DNA of 43,071 nt from Candidatus Hydrogenedens sp. Its GTDB lineage: Bacteria; Hydrogenedentota; Hydrogenedentia; Hydrogenedentales; Hydrogenedentaceae. The stretch lies in NCBI GenBank assembly GCA_049968235.1, contig JBMFRC010000024.1, forward strand, positions 1-43,071, read 5' to 3'. A program made the translations under genes and the position numbers. Shown in pieces: positions 1 to 9,454 of this stretch. The number at the start of each line of letters is the position of its first letter. The stretch's first letter is position 1. Below the pieces are notes generated by a model, which saw nothing but the letters and a program-made list of their open reading frames with translations, was not told the DNA's origin and searched no databases.

Positions 1-230
1 TTATCCGAAGAAATTATTTTTTGTATTTTATTAAATATCAACAACTTACAAAATTTAATTTCTTGACATACAGAATTTTTATTTTCCCAGAATTGGATAA
101 AATAAATTATAATAATAACTTATAACAATTATAAGAAATATTTATGATATTTTATAAAGCATTAAAATACAAGATAAATCCAAAAAATAGTAAAAAATAA
201 TTTATTGGAAAGAAATTATACTTTAGAAAA

Positions 231-1763
231 TTAAACAATAGGCATACTTCGTAATTGGCGTTTTAAGATTTTTCCTGTAGGACCTTTTGGTAATTGAGGG
301 AGAACAATGACATCTTTAGGCCATTTGAATTTTGCTATTTTCTCTTGTAAAAACTGCATAATTTCTTCTGGATGAATTTCTTCGCTTTCTTTAGGAGAGA
401 CATAAACACGAACTTCTTCCCCCCTTAATTTATCCGGAATACCTACTACTGCTGCTTCTAAAACTTTAGGGTGTGTATATAGAATTTCTTCAATTTCCCG
501 TGGATATATATTCATACCACCACGTATAATCAATTCTTTCTTACGGTCAACAATGTAGAAATATCCATCCTTATCGGTCCGTCCCATATCTCCTGTATGG
601 AACCAATCATTTACCATTACTTCAGCAGTTGCTTCAGGTCGTTTGTAGTATCCTTTCATTACATTATGTCCACGAATTACAATCTCTCCTATTTCGTCTG
701 CCTCAGCAAATGTCCCGTCATCTCTCATAATTCGCATATCTACACCCCAGATAGGTTTACCGATAGAACCAACACGAATTTCTTCTCCTAAAACCGTAAA
801 CGATGCAACAGGACTCGTTTCAGATAGCCCATAACCTTCAAGAATTGTAATACCATATCTTTCTTGAAATCTTTGATGTATATCTCCGGGTAGCGCTGCA
901 CCTCCCGATACTGCGAGAGAAACACATGAAAAATCAAACTCCTGCCAATTTGGTGCGTTCAATATAAATGCATACATGGTGGGAACCATAGCAAGCACAT
1001 TGACACGGTCTCTTGCTATAACTTCCATTGCTTTCTGTGTTTCAAATCGAGGAAGCATGGACATGGTTCCACCCCGCATAATGCAGGCGTTCATTACACA
1101 AGTTTGACCAAAAGAATGAAACAACGGTAATACAACTAATGCGACCATTCCCGGTTTTACACGCACAATTTCATGTGAAGCATAATAGGCATTAAAAAAC
1201 ATATTGAAATGAGTTAATTCTGCTCCTTTTGGTGCTCCTGTTGTTCCTGATGTATAAAGGATAACAGCGGTATCATCGGGCATAGTTTGCACTATGTCAA
1301 ACTCATCTTTCGACTCCATCAGCAACTTATTAAAATTCTCTCCGACTTCTAAGTCTCCTATATTATCCATAGGGGGTATAATAATAAGATTTTTACATGA
1401 ATCTACAGATTGAAATGCTTTTATTGCTTCTTCAGAACAACCCTGATATACAAAAAAAGTAACCGCTTCGGAATCTCGAATATAATGTTCAATCTCCATT
1501 TTTTGGTATAAGACATTTACAGGAACCACAACTCCTCCCGCTTTCAATATTCCATAATATACTATAGGAAAATATGGGAGATTGGGTATCATTAACGCAA
1601 CTTTATCACCTTTTTTTAGCCCTTTTTGCTTTAATATATTGGCAACTCGATTGGAATATTTGTTCAATTTTGAATAATTAATTTTAATCTGGTCTAAAAT
1701 TATTGCTGTAATATCTGGATAGTTTTTTGCTGTTTCTTCTAATACATAACCAAGGTTTAGCAT
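231..1763 (-). CDS. AMP-dependent acyl-CoA synthetase/ligase (long-chain fatty-acid CoA ligase-like)
   Basis: 510 aa with the canonical AMP-binding P-loop YTSGTTGAPKGA, a downstream GYGLSET-like motif and a C-terminal KILKR motif. ATG at 1763 is preceded by AAGGAGA. Confidence 0.85.
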   Translation of the reverse strand: MLNLGYVLEETAKNYPDITAIILDQIKINYSKLNKYSNRVANILKQKGLKKGDKVALMIPNLPYFPIVYYGILKAGGVVVPVNVLYQKMEIEHYIRDSEAVTFFVYQGCSEEAIKAFQSVDSCKNLIIIPPMDNIGDLEVGENFNKLLMESKDEFDIVQTMPDDTAVILYTSGTTGAPKGAELTHFNMFFNAYYASHEIVRVKPGMVALVVLPLFHSFGQTCVMNACIMRGGTMSMLPRFETQKAMEVIARDRVNVLAMVPTMYAFILNAPNWQEFDFSCVSLAVSGGAALPGDIHQRFQERYGITILEGYGLSETSPVASFTVLGEEIRVGSIGKPIWGVDMRIMRDDGTFAEADEIGEIVIRGHNVMKGYYKRPEATAEVMVNDWFHTGDMGRTDKDGYFYIVDRKKELIIRGGMNIYPREIEEILYTHPKVLEAAVVGIPDKLRGEEVRVYVSPKESEEIHPEEIMQFLQEKIAKFKWPKDVIVLPQLPKGPTGKILKRQLRSMPIV

Positions 1764-1962
1764 AGCCTGTCTCCTTATTAAATTCTATAATTCTGTTAAA
1801 AGCATAATACCGAAAAATAATATGATAAGCAAATTGACATACATGAATCATTCTATACATCATAGGGAATCTCTTCCTGTAGATATTATATAATCTTGCT
1901 TTATTACATGTTCGTATCATCTTTAATTTTTCTAATCTAACAACATATTTTCGGATTGTAGT

Positions 1963-2802
1963 ATGGAAAATTTTTTAACATTGTATGCCTTGCCGAATAT
2001 TCCTGCTGTTTTGTTCTGGATTTTCATTGCTATTGGTGTTCTCATTCAAGGGATTAGTAAATCAGGCTTTGCAGGTGGTGCCGGGATTATCTCTGTTCCC
2101 CTTATGATGCTTGTAATGCCTCCGGATAAAGTAGCTGCGACATTGCTTCCTATACTTATCTTGTGTGACTTAAATGCCATTTATATACACCGTAAAAATA
2201 AAATCTGGAAACCTATAATGGAAGTTTATATTCCTGCAATCATTGGAATACTCATAGGTTCGGTAATGTGGTGGTATATGGGAGAAAATGGAATTAAGGA
2301 ATATGAAAAACCACTGAAGCAATTTGTGGGAATTATTGCAATAACCTTTGCTATCTATATATGGGGAAAAGAATTTTCTTTAAGATGGGTAGAGAACAAG
2401 AGTTTTGGAGTGCGAATAGGAATTATTGCAGGTATTCTTGCAGGCATTACTTCAACACTGGCTCATTCTGCAGGACCTATTGTAAGTCTTTTCCTATTTT
2501 CAAAAAATTTAGGGAAAACCTTATTTGTAGGAACGGTTGCATGGACTTTTACACTTATAAATATTACAAAACTACCTTTTTATATCGCGGTAGGACTTGT
2601 GGATTGGTCAGTACTAAAATTTGATGTGTTTTTAATTCCATTTATCCCGTTAGGCTCATTTCTTGGGGTATGGCTTCATCATAAAATTTCAGAACGAACA
2701 TTTAATTTTGTTATCATGGTGTTAACTATCATAATAGGTATTCAATTGTTGATTGGAATAAATCCAATCGAAGTAATAATAAAAATTTTTGTTAATACAT
2801 AA
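1963..2802 (+). CDS. TSUP (TauE/SafE) family membrane transporter
   Basis: 279 aa and highly hydrophobic, with two repeated halves of 4 TM helices and glycine-rich GxGGG-type segments (SGFAGGAGIISVP) typical of the TSUP sulfite/anion exporter family. Confidence 0.6.
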   Translation: MENFLTLYALPNIPAVLFWIFIAIGVLIQGISKSGFAGGAGIISVPLMMLVMPPDKVAATLLPILILCDLNAIYIHRKNKIWKPIMEVYIPAIIGILIGSVMWWYMGENGIKEYEKPLKQFVGIIAITFAIYIWGKEFSLRWVENKSFGVRIGIIAGILAGITSTLAHSAGPIVSLFLFSKNLGKTLFVGTVAWTFTLINITKLPFYIAVGLVDWSVLKFDVFLIPFIPLGSFLGVWLHHKISERTFNFVIMVLTIIIGIQLLIGINPIEVIIKIFVNT

Positions 2803-2826
2803 TTTTCTGTTACATAACACAAACAC

Positions 2827-3834
2827 ATGGAAAACAGACCTATAAATTACAAATTATCTATTGTAGCCCCTGTATTCAATGAAGGTTCTTATATAAAAAA
2901 TTTTGTATCCGAAATTATCACAGTATTAAATGAGTTAGATATAACAAATAATAGTGAAATTATTCTCGTAAATGATGGTAGTACAGATGAAACAGAAAAG
3001 CATCTGGATACTCTTACAGAAACTTATCCGGGACTTGTTTATGCCATTCATCTTGCAAGGAATTTTGGTCAAGCATCTGCCATAACTGCTGGGTTACATT
3101 ATTCGACCGGGGATTGTGTTATTCTTATTGATTCTGATGGGCAGGATGACCCGAAAAGTTTTTCTAAATTTATAGATTTATGGAAAGAAGGATATGATGT
3201 TGTTTTTGCCAAAAGAGCAAAACGAAAAGAGGGTTTTCTTTTTCGTTTTTGTTCCTGGCTTTTTTACAGGCTTTTATCTATTAGTGCACAAATACCTCTT
3301 CCGACAGATGCAGGTAATTATGCACTGATTGACAAGAAAGTAATGGAAGCAATAAAACTATGTCCTGAGCGAAATCGCTACATTCCTGGTTTGCGAGGTT
3401 GGGTCGGTTTTAAACAAACAGGGGTTGTAGTTGAGAGAAGAGCCCGTTATGATTTGAAACCGCGAGTAGGTTTTCGTGGGTTATGGACACTTGCTATGAA
3501 TGCTTTCTTTTCTTTTTCTTATGTTCCTCTATTCTTTTTTCGGTTTGCAGGTGTTGGCAGTCTGTTTTTATGTCTGGTGTTAATTGTTTTCGCCCTTTAC
3601 CATAAATTAATCACAGGGCTTGCAGTAACCGCATGGGCTTCCCAACTTATATCTATTTCCTTCTTTGGAGGGATTAATTTGATAGGAATTGCTCTTCTGG
3701 GGGAATATATAGCACGGATATATGATGAAGTGAAACAAAGACCTCTATACATTTGTGCTCGGACATCAGGTTTCCAGAAGGGTAATAAGTCTAAGATTGT
3801 TAGTCCCGAAGATGAAAATCATGATAAAATATGA
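2827..3834 (+). CDS. GT2 family polyprenyl-phosphate glycosyltransferase (GtrB/ArnC/DPM1-like) with C-terminal TM helices
   Basis: N-terminal SIVAPVFNE and VNDGSTDET motifs, a DSDGQDDP DxD-type motif, and two C-terminal TM segments. The architecture matches bactoprenol-phosphate sugar transferases. Confidence 0.8.
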   Translation: MENRPINYKLSIVAPVFNEGSYIKNFVSEIITVLNELDITNNSEIILVNDGSTDETEKHLDTLTETYPGLVYAIHLARNFGQASAITAGLHYSTGDCVILIDSDGQDDPKSFSKFIDLWKEGYDVVFAKRAKRKEGFLFRFCSWLFYRLLSISAQIPLPTDAGNYALIDKKVMEAIKLCPERNRYIPGLRGWVGFKQTGVVVERRARYDLKPRVGFRGLWTLAMNAFFSFSYVPLFFFRFAGVGSLFLCLVLIVFALYHKLITGLAVTAWASQLISISFFGGINLIGIALLGEYIARIYDEVKQRPLYICARTSGFQKGNKSKIVSPEDENHDKI

Positions 3835-3867
3835 ATATAAATATAAAAGTGAAATAAGGAAGAACCT

Positions 3868-4797
3868 GTGGGCGATTCCCAACAAAACATTCTAAAAGAA
3901 ATCGGTCCTAAAGATGAAAAAAGATATGCTTTTGATTTAACCGATGAAACCGTTGAAGTCTGTATGATTTCTGACATAGGGAATCGCAGAACAAATAATG
4001 AGGACCACTGCCTTTTCTCGAAGGCTAACGATGCTGATTGTTATGAAAGATTAGGCATATTAACTGCTGTTGCGGATGGTATGGGTGGTGCTGTTGCAGG
4101 AGAACATGCCAGTAAAATGGCAGTTACACTCCTATCTGATTATTATTTTTCGTCAGAAGGGAATAATATCCCTGTAATATTACTAAATTCTATCCAAAAA
4201 ATTAATGAGGATATATTTAATTTAAGCGAAAATAACCCTTCTTATTTTGGACTGGGAACCACCATATCCGCATTAGTTATTCATGGGAATGTAGGATATG
4301 TTGCTCAGGTCGGGGACAGTCGTGTCTATCTCTACAGAAATGGCTACCCTGTAAAACAAATAACGGAGGACCATTCTATTGTAGCCGAGCAACTAAAAGA
4401 GGGGCTTATAAATGAAGAAGAAGCACGAAATCATATGTTAAAGAACCTTATAACGAGAGCCTTAGGAATTAAAGAAACTGTAGAAACGGACTTATACGCA
4501 TTCACGATAAAAACAGGGGATACTTTACTTCTTTGTTCTGACGGGTTAAGTAATATGATAACAGAAGAACAACTCCAGAAAGGTTTATCATCTGAAAAAC
4601 TTGTTGAAGGCTTAAATTCGCTTATAGATATTGCTATTCAAGAAGGGGCTCCTGACAATATAACTGCTGTCGCTATTCGTATTATTGGGGAATTGGAACA
4701 TAAAGATATAACTCATCATGAGAAAATAACAATAGTTTCCCCTGAAAAGAAATATTCACTCCTTCAAAAAATATTGAATCTTTTTTCTTCTAAATAG
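3868..4797 (+). CDS. PP2C-family Ser/Thr protein phosphatase (Stp1-like)
   Basis: PP2C motifs NEDHCLF, AVADGMGG, GTTISAL, VAQVGDSRVY and LLLCSDGLSNM are present. The GTG start follows an AAGGAAG RBS. No cognate kinase is adjacent. Confidence 0.8.
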   Translation: MGDSQQNILKEIGPKDEKRYAFDLTDETVEVCMISDIGNRRTNNEDHCLFSKANDADCYERLGILTAVADGMGGAVAGEHASKMAVTLLSDYYFSSEGNNIPVILLNSIQKINEDIFNLSENNPSYFGLGTTISALVIHGNVGYVAQVGDSRVYLYRNGYPVKQITEDHSIVAEQLKEGLINEEEARNHMLKNLITRALGIKETVETDLYAFTIKTGDTLLLCSDGLSNMITEEQLQKGLSSEKLVEGLNSLIDIAIQEGAPDNITAVAIRIIGELEHKDITHHEKITIVSPEKKYSLLQKILNLFSSK

Positions 4798-4800
4798 ATT

Positions 4801-5142
4801 TCAACTTCTTTTTCGAGGACCACGATGACGGGCATGTGGATGTTTTTTGTGTGAAGGATTCCGACGAGGTTCTATATTTTCTTTCTCAGTTTCTTTCCGA
4901 ACAGTATTATTCACAGAAGGATTCGTATTAAAACTATAGCAACGAGGGCATCGAGAAATCTCTTCTGCTTCGGTATCAAGATATACAAAAGCACAATATT
5001 TGCATTCCCATATATTTTGGTTCTTAAATACGGTATAAATCCGTCGTGTACTAAATTCGGATAATCCCCAAAGAATAATACCTGAAAGAGCAATAATAAA
5101 TGAATAAATGATAAATGCTCCCGTTATTGATATTTCAATCAT
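4801..5142 (-). CDS. small membrane-anchored zinc-ribbon protein with a highly basic C-terminal tail (hypothetical)
   Basis: 113 aa with an N-terminal TM helix (ITGAFIIYSFIIALSGIILWGL), then CKYC...CPRC (two CxxC pairs about 18 residues apart), then the tail RRNPSHKKHPHARHRGPRKRS. Its ATG overlaps the upstream tonB-like stop by ATGA. The stop is 3 nt from the convergent PP2C gene. Confidence 0.45.
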   Translation of the reverse strand: MIEISITGAFIIYSFIIALSGIILWGLSEFSTRRIYTVFKNQNIWECKYCAFVYLDTEAEEISRCPRCYSFNTNPSVNNTVRKETEKENIEPRRNPSHKKHPHARHRGPRKRS

Positions 5143-6131
5143 AACGAGACTCCGTATATACGATAACGAATTGTTACTTGCTGTTCAACAGAATCCGTAT
5201 TTAGCAAAGGCTCAAAACGAATTTTATGAATCTCACCTTCTATATATTTTGACATTTCATCTTCAATTATATTTAAATCTATCACTCGCGATACTACTCC
5301 GTCCGGCAATACTGTTAACATAAAATCATAGTTCTTTTCCCCTTCCCCTATAGATTTTTTTGACATCTCCAATAAACCCGGGAAAAACAGTATCGTTCTA
5401 TTATAGGGAGGGTTAATCCACCTAAAAATAATCTCCGTTCCATCCCCAATATTCTGTTTCATTAATGGAGCATTATTACTATCATCAGGTTCTTTACTTT
5501 GAAGTCCCATAGACGGAGCAAATGGACTTAAAGCACTGATGGATTCTCTAATTCTGTTTATTCCTACACCAAATTGTGCCCAACTATCTTTATATTCTTC
5601 CGATAAAGGCTTTGGTGAAGGTTCCTCCTCTACCAATTTTCTACGGAGTTTTAATTTCTCCAGTTCTTGAAATTCAATTTTAGGAAGTTCAAAGCCACTC
5701 GACTGTTTTAATTCGGTTATATCAAATTCATTATTCTGATTATCTTCTCCCAAATTTTTTGATAATTTTAACCTCGATGTCAAAATAGAATCGGATGTTT
5801 TTTCTACATCTGACTGAACAACACGAATATCCAGATACTGAAGGTCAGAACGAGGAATATAGACCACAATTTTAAAGAGAGTTACTGCAGAAAGGTGCAG
5901 AAGAAGAGCAAAAATAATTGTCTTTAGAAAACGATTACGGTCTTTTTTTATCTGGAGCAGTAAATCTCCCTGATGACTTGTTGAAATGTCATATTGAAAT
6001 ATCTTTGCATCTGTCTTTGGTAAAACAATCGACTCTGAGATTTTTGAAAAATCAATATCCTTTTGAATATTTTCTTCAATCTCGTACTTTTTCTCGTGCT
6101 TGCGCACGGAATTTCGCGTGCGCCTTTTCAT
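5139..6131 (-). CDS. TonB-like energy transducer (N-terminal TM anchor, C-terminal TonB_C-like domain)
   Basis: The ORF track extends to 6302, but that overlaps exbD by 155 nt. The internal ATG at 6131 (MKRRTRN...) removes the overlap. There is a TM helix (IIFALLLHLSAVTLFKIVVYI). The C-terminal approx 90 aa match the TonB_C pattern (PPY..., GEG, LPDGVVSRV, YIEGEIHKIRFEP). It lies directly downstream of exbB and exbD. Confidence 0.5.
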   Translation of the reverse strand: MKRRTRNSVRKHEKKYEIEENIQKDIDFSKISESIVLPKTDAKIFQYDISTSHQGDLLLQIKKDRNRFLKTIIFALLLHLSAVTLFKIVVYIPRSDLQYLDIRVVQSDVEKTSDSILTSRLKLSKNLGEDNQNNEFDITELKQSSGFELPKIEFQELEKLKLRRKLVEEEPSPKPLSEEYKDSWAQFGVGINRIRESISALSPFAPSMGLQSKEPDDSNNAPLMKQNIGDGTEIIFRWINPPYNRTILFFPGLLEMSKKSIGEGEKNYDFMLTVLPDGVVSRVIDLNIIEDEMSKYIEGEIHKIRFEPLLNTDSVEQQVTIRYRIYGVSL

Positions 6132-6147
6132 TGTAATAATCCGTGTG

Positions 6148-6612
6148 TTATTGAGTTTTTTCTTCCGTATTTGATGGAATAGCAGCAATTCCATAATGTT
6201 TAATTCCAACGGAATTGGCAATTCCAAGAACTTTAACCAATCGTTCTGTAGGAACCCGACGGTCAGGTCGAATAAGTAAAAGTCCTTCGGGTTTCCTTTC
6301 ATAAAAACTTTCCATGGCTCTTGTTAATTCATACCAACTTTTAATTGGGATTTCCTTATCTTCCGTATAAAAAATTTCTCCTTGATTGTCGGGGCCTCCT
6401 TCACCGTATACCAATGTTACAGTGGCATCTTTCTGTTCTAATTGTTCTGATGATTCGCTTTTAGATAGTTCCACAGGTATGGATGCCTGCACAACAAAAG
6501 TAGAGGTCAGCATGAAAAAGAGAAGTAATTGAAACACCACATCAATTAAAGGAGTTAGGTCAATAGTGGCTTTAATCATTTTGTTTTGACTTTGTTTCCG
6601 TTTAAATTTCAT
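6148..6612 (-). CDS. exbD: biopolymer transport protein ExbD/TolR
   Basis: Contains the ExbD signature INLTPLIDVVFQLLLFFM and a single TM helix. Start is trimmed to the ATG at 6612 (MKFKRKQ...), which abuts the exbB stop at 6614. Confidence 0.8.
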   Translation of the reverse strand: MKFKRKQSQNKMIKATIDLTPLIDVVFQLLLFFMLTSTFVVQASIPVELSKSESSEQLEQKDATVTLVYGEGGPDNQGEIFYTEDKEIPIKSWYELTRAMESFYERKPEGLLLIRPDRRVPTERLVKVLGIANSVGIKHYGIAAIPSNTEEKTQ

Positions 6613-6613
6613 A

Positions 6614-7249
6614 TCAAATCTCCTTGTCTCCCTGATGCCGTGTAAGTAAATCAACCAACTCTGAGGAACTAATTTCCATCTCCACAATCATATTATCTAC
6701 CCGTGATATAAAATAGTTATAAAACACCAAAAGAGGAATGGCTACCGTTAGTCCGGCTGCGGTTGTAATTAATGCATTGGAGATACCTTCGGCAAGGTCT
6801 GAAGGATTTACCTGTCCCCTTTTGTTCTGAATTGCAGCGAAACATTTTATCATACCTTGAACTGTTCCTAAAAGTCCTAATAGAGGAGCGATACTTGCAC
6901 ATGTTGCCAATGCAGATAGATACCTCTCTAAACGGGGAATTTCCATCTGTCCAGCATCTTCTATGGATTCACGAATCTCCTCCTTCGATTTCTTATATTT
7001 CAAAATCCCTGCTTTTAATATTCTTGCTACGGGCGCGTCGACACGATTGCAAATGTCTACCGCATCTTGAATACGATTCTGCCGAAGTACCTGACGAATT
7101 GTATCCATAAATTCGCTCGTATCAATTCCCGCCTTTCGTAAAAACCAAAAACGCTCAATAATAATGCAAACACCTATCACAGAACACAACATGATAGGCC
7201 ACATTAAAATCCCGCCTTTAAACATAATTTCAAGAGGGTCCATCGGCAT
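6614..7249 (-). CDS. exbB: MotA/TolQ/ExbB proton-channel family protein
   Basis: 211 aa with three TM helices and the conserved C-terminal region (ALITTAAGLTVAIPLLVFYNYF) of ExbB/TolQ. It sits immediately upstream of exbD. Confidence 0.8.
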   Translation of the reverse strand: MPMDPLEIMFKGGILMWPIMLCSVIGVCIIIERFWFLRKAGIDTSEFMDTIRQVLRQNRIQDAVDICNRVDAPVARILKAGILKYKKSKEEIRESIEDAGQMEIPRLERYLSALATCASIAPLLGLLGTVQGMIKCFAAIQNKRGQVNPSDLAEGISNALITTAAGLTVAIPLLVFYNYFISRVDNMIVEMEISSSELVDLLTRHQGDKEI

Positions 7250-7322
7250 CAGATAATCTCCTTTTCAGATAGATTAATAATCTTAAAGTTTTAATTTTAA
7301 TAATATTTGTTACGATAAAATA

Positions 7323-8192
7323 TCATGAAAGATATACAAGGGTTCCTAATCCCTCTCGGGTAAATATTTCAAGCAATAAGCTATGCGGAATTCGTCCATC
7401 TATAATATGAGTTTTGCGAACCCCATGGTCTAATGCTTTAAGGCATGCTTCAATTTTTGGAATCATCCCACCACTAATTATTTTTTCTTCCCTTAAATGC
7501 TGAATTTCATTAGAGGGTAACTGATGAATTAATGTTTCGGGATTGGAAGGGTCTCGAAGCAAACCCGGTGTATCAGTTAAGAATACTAACTTCTCTGCCC
7601 TGATAGCAGACGCAATATCACCTGCGACAGTATCTGCATTAATATTCCATACTCCACCGAACTCATCTGTTGCAAGTGGAGCAACCACAGGAATAAACCC
7701 TGATTCGCAGAGTACCTGAATAACTCTGGTTTCGACCTTTGTAATTCTACCTACTTGCCCAATATCTGTCCCATCATCCGCATATTTCTTCACAGCATAA
7801 AGCAATCCCCCATCTTTTCCGCTTATACCCACGGCAGAACCTCCAACACGATTTATTAAGGCAACAATATCTTTATTCACTACTCCAGAAAGGACCATTT
7901 CTACAACGGATATCGTTTTTTCATCTGTAATTCTAAGCCCCTGTGAACTGAATTGGGGTGTTATTCCTAATTTCTTAAGCATTTCATTTATCGAAGGACC
8001 TCCACCATGAACAACAATCGGATTCATTCCGACATATTTCATCAGTACAATATCTTCTGCGGTACTTTGCCGTAGTCGTTCATCTATCATCGCTGCACCA
8101 CCATATTTTACAACTACGGTCTTACCCCAGAACTCACGGATATATGGCAATGCTTCAATCAGAACATTGGCTTTTTCTATTAGTTTATCCAT
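7323..8192 (-). CDS. argB: acetylglutamate kinase
   Basis: N-terminal VVVKYGGAAM and the HGGGP motif, 289 aa amino-acid kinase fold. It lies in an argC-argJ-argB arrangement. Confidence 0.9.
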   Translation of the reverse strand: MDKLIEKANVLIEALPYIREFWGKTVVVKYGGAAMIDERLRQSTAEDIVLMKYVGMNPIVVHGGGPSINEMLKKLGITPQFSSQGLRITDEKTISVVEMVLSGVVNKDIVALINRVGGSAVGISGKDGGLLYAVKKYADDGTDIGQVGRITKVETRVIQVLCESGFIPVVAPLATDEFGGVWNINADTVAGDIASAIRAEKLVFLTDTPGLLRDPSNPETLIHQLPSNEIQHLREEKIISGGMIPKIEACLKALDHGVRKTHIIDGRIPHSLLLEIFTREGLGTLVYLS

Positions 8193-8210
8193 AAACCTTC
8201 CTTGTAAAGT

Positions 8211-9422
8211 TTAAGTTCTGTAATCTGCATTTATCTTCACATAATCATAACTTAAATCAGAAGTCCAATAACATATTTCCTCGGACCCCATCCCTAAATT
8301 TGCCCGAATAACAAATTCCTTATTTTTCATTACTTCCGCAACTCTTTTTTCATCATAATCCGCAGGAAGTCCTTTTTCAAAAACAAGTGTATCCCCTATC
8401 CACAGTTTTATTTTTTCAGGTTCCACAGGAACACCGCTATACCCTATAGCACATAAAATTCTTCCCCAGTTAGGGTCACCTCCAAAAAAGGCTGTTTTAC
8501 ATAGCTGAGAAACCGCTATAGATTTCGCTATTTTCCTTGCATTATCGATAGTATCTGCTTCACTTATCTTAATCTCAACGAATTTAGTTGCACCTTCACC
8601 ATCTGCAACAATATTTCGTGCTAATCGCTCACATACCTGTAATAAACCCTTATAAAATAACTCTTCATCTTCTGTCCCGGATTGGATTGTGATACTGGAG
8701 GCTCCGTTTGCTAATAAAACTACCGAATCGTTCGTACTCATATCATTATCAACCGCAATACAATTAAACGATTCCTGGACAGCACGTAAAAGCAACTTTT
8801 TTAGATGCTCTGAACTAATTCCTGCATCTGTTGTTACAACTGATAACATAGTAGCCATATTCGGACAAATCATTCCTGCCCCTTTTGCCATTCCTCCAAT
8901 ACGAACAATACCTTTGGATAATTGTACTGCCACCGCATATTCTTTAGGAACGGTATCGGTAGTCATAATTGCTTTGGCGGAATTCAGATGATTTTCTGGC
9001 GATAAAGATTTTGCACATTCATGGACCCCTTTTTTTACTCTATCCATAGGTAGGGGAACTCCAATAACCCCTGTGCTCATAACCAATACATGTGTTTTAT
9101 CTATTTTCAATAATGATGCTACTTCTTCTGCTATTTGTTCTACATCATTTAATCCCCGTTCTCCTGTGCATGCATTTGCATTTCCACTGTTGATAAAAAC
9201 AGCCTGTGCTTCTCCCTGTTCGCAAACTCTTTGGCACCATAATACGGGAGCCGCTTTGACACGATTTGTAGTAAAAGTACCTGCAACAGTTGCTTTATTC
9301 AAAGACATAACTAAAGCACAATCTAATCTCTTGTTTTCTGGATTTTTTATTCCTGCTGATGCAGAAGAAGATTCAAATCCTAAACTTGCACATACACCAC
9401 CATCTATGGGAACTATACTCAT
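8211..9422 (-). CDS. argJ: bifunctional ornithine acetyltransferase / N-acetylglutamate synthase
   Basis: 403 aa with the autoproteolytic ATML-SVV site (PNMATMLSVVTTDA) characteristic of ArgJ. Confidence 0.9.
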   Translation of the reverse strand: MSIVPIDGGVCASLGFESSSASAGIKNPENKRLDCALVMSLNKATVAGTFTTNRVKAAPVLWCQRVCEQGEAQAVFINSGNANACTGERGLNDVEQIAEEVASLLKIDKTHVLVMSTGVIGVPLPMDRVKKGVHECAKSLSPENHLNSAKAIMTTDTVPKEYAVAVQLSKGIVRIGGMAKGAGMICPNMATMLSVVTTDAGISSEHLKKLLLRAVQESFNCIAVDNDMSTNDSVVLLANGASSITIQSGTEDEELFYKGLLQVCERLARNIVADGEGATKFVEIKISEADTIDNARKIAKSIAVSQLCKTAFFGGDPNWGRILCAIGYSGVPVEPEKIKLWIGDTLVFEKGLPADYDEKRVAEVMKNKEFVIRANLGMGSEEICYWTSDLSYDYVKINADYRT

Positions 9423-9454
9423 ATTTATTTTTCTCCTTTACTGTAACATTTTTA

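Noticed and set aside
1-230. The AT-rich 230-bp leading segment, scanned for a promoter, tRNA or repeat array
   Set aside because: Only low-complexity A/T runs and short AATTATAA-type motifs are present. There is no tRNA-like T-loop and no periodic repeats. It is probably just the 3-prime flank of the acyl-CoA synthetase gene at the contig edge.
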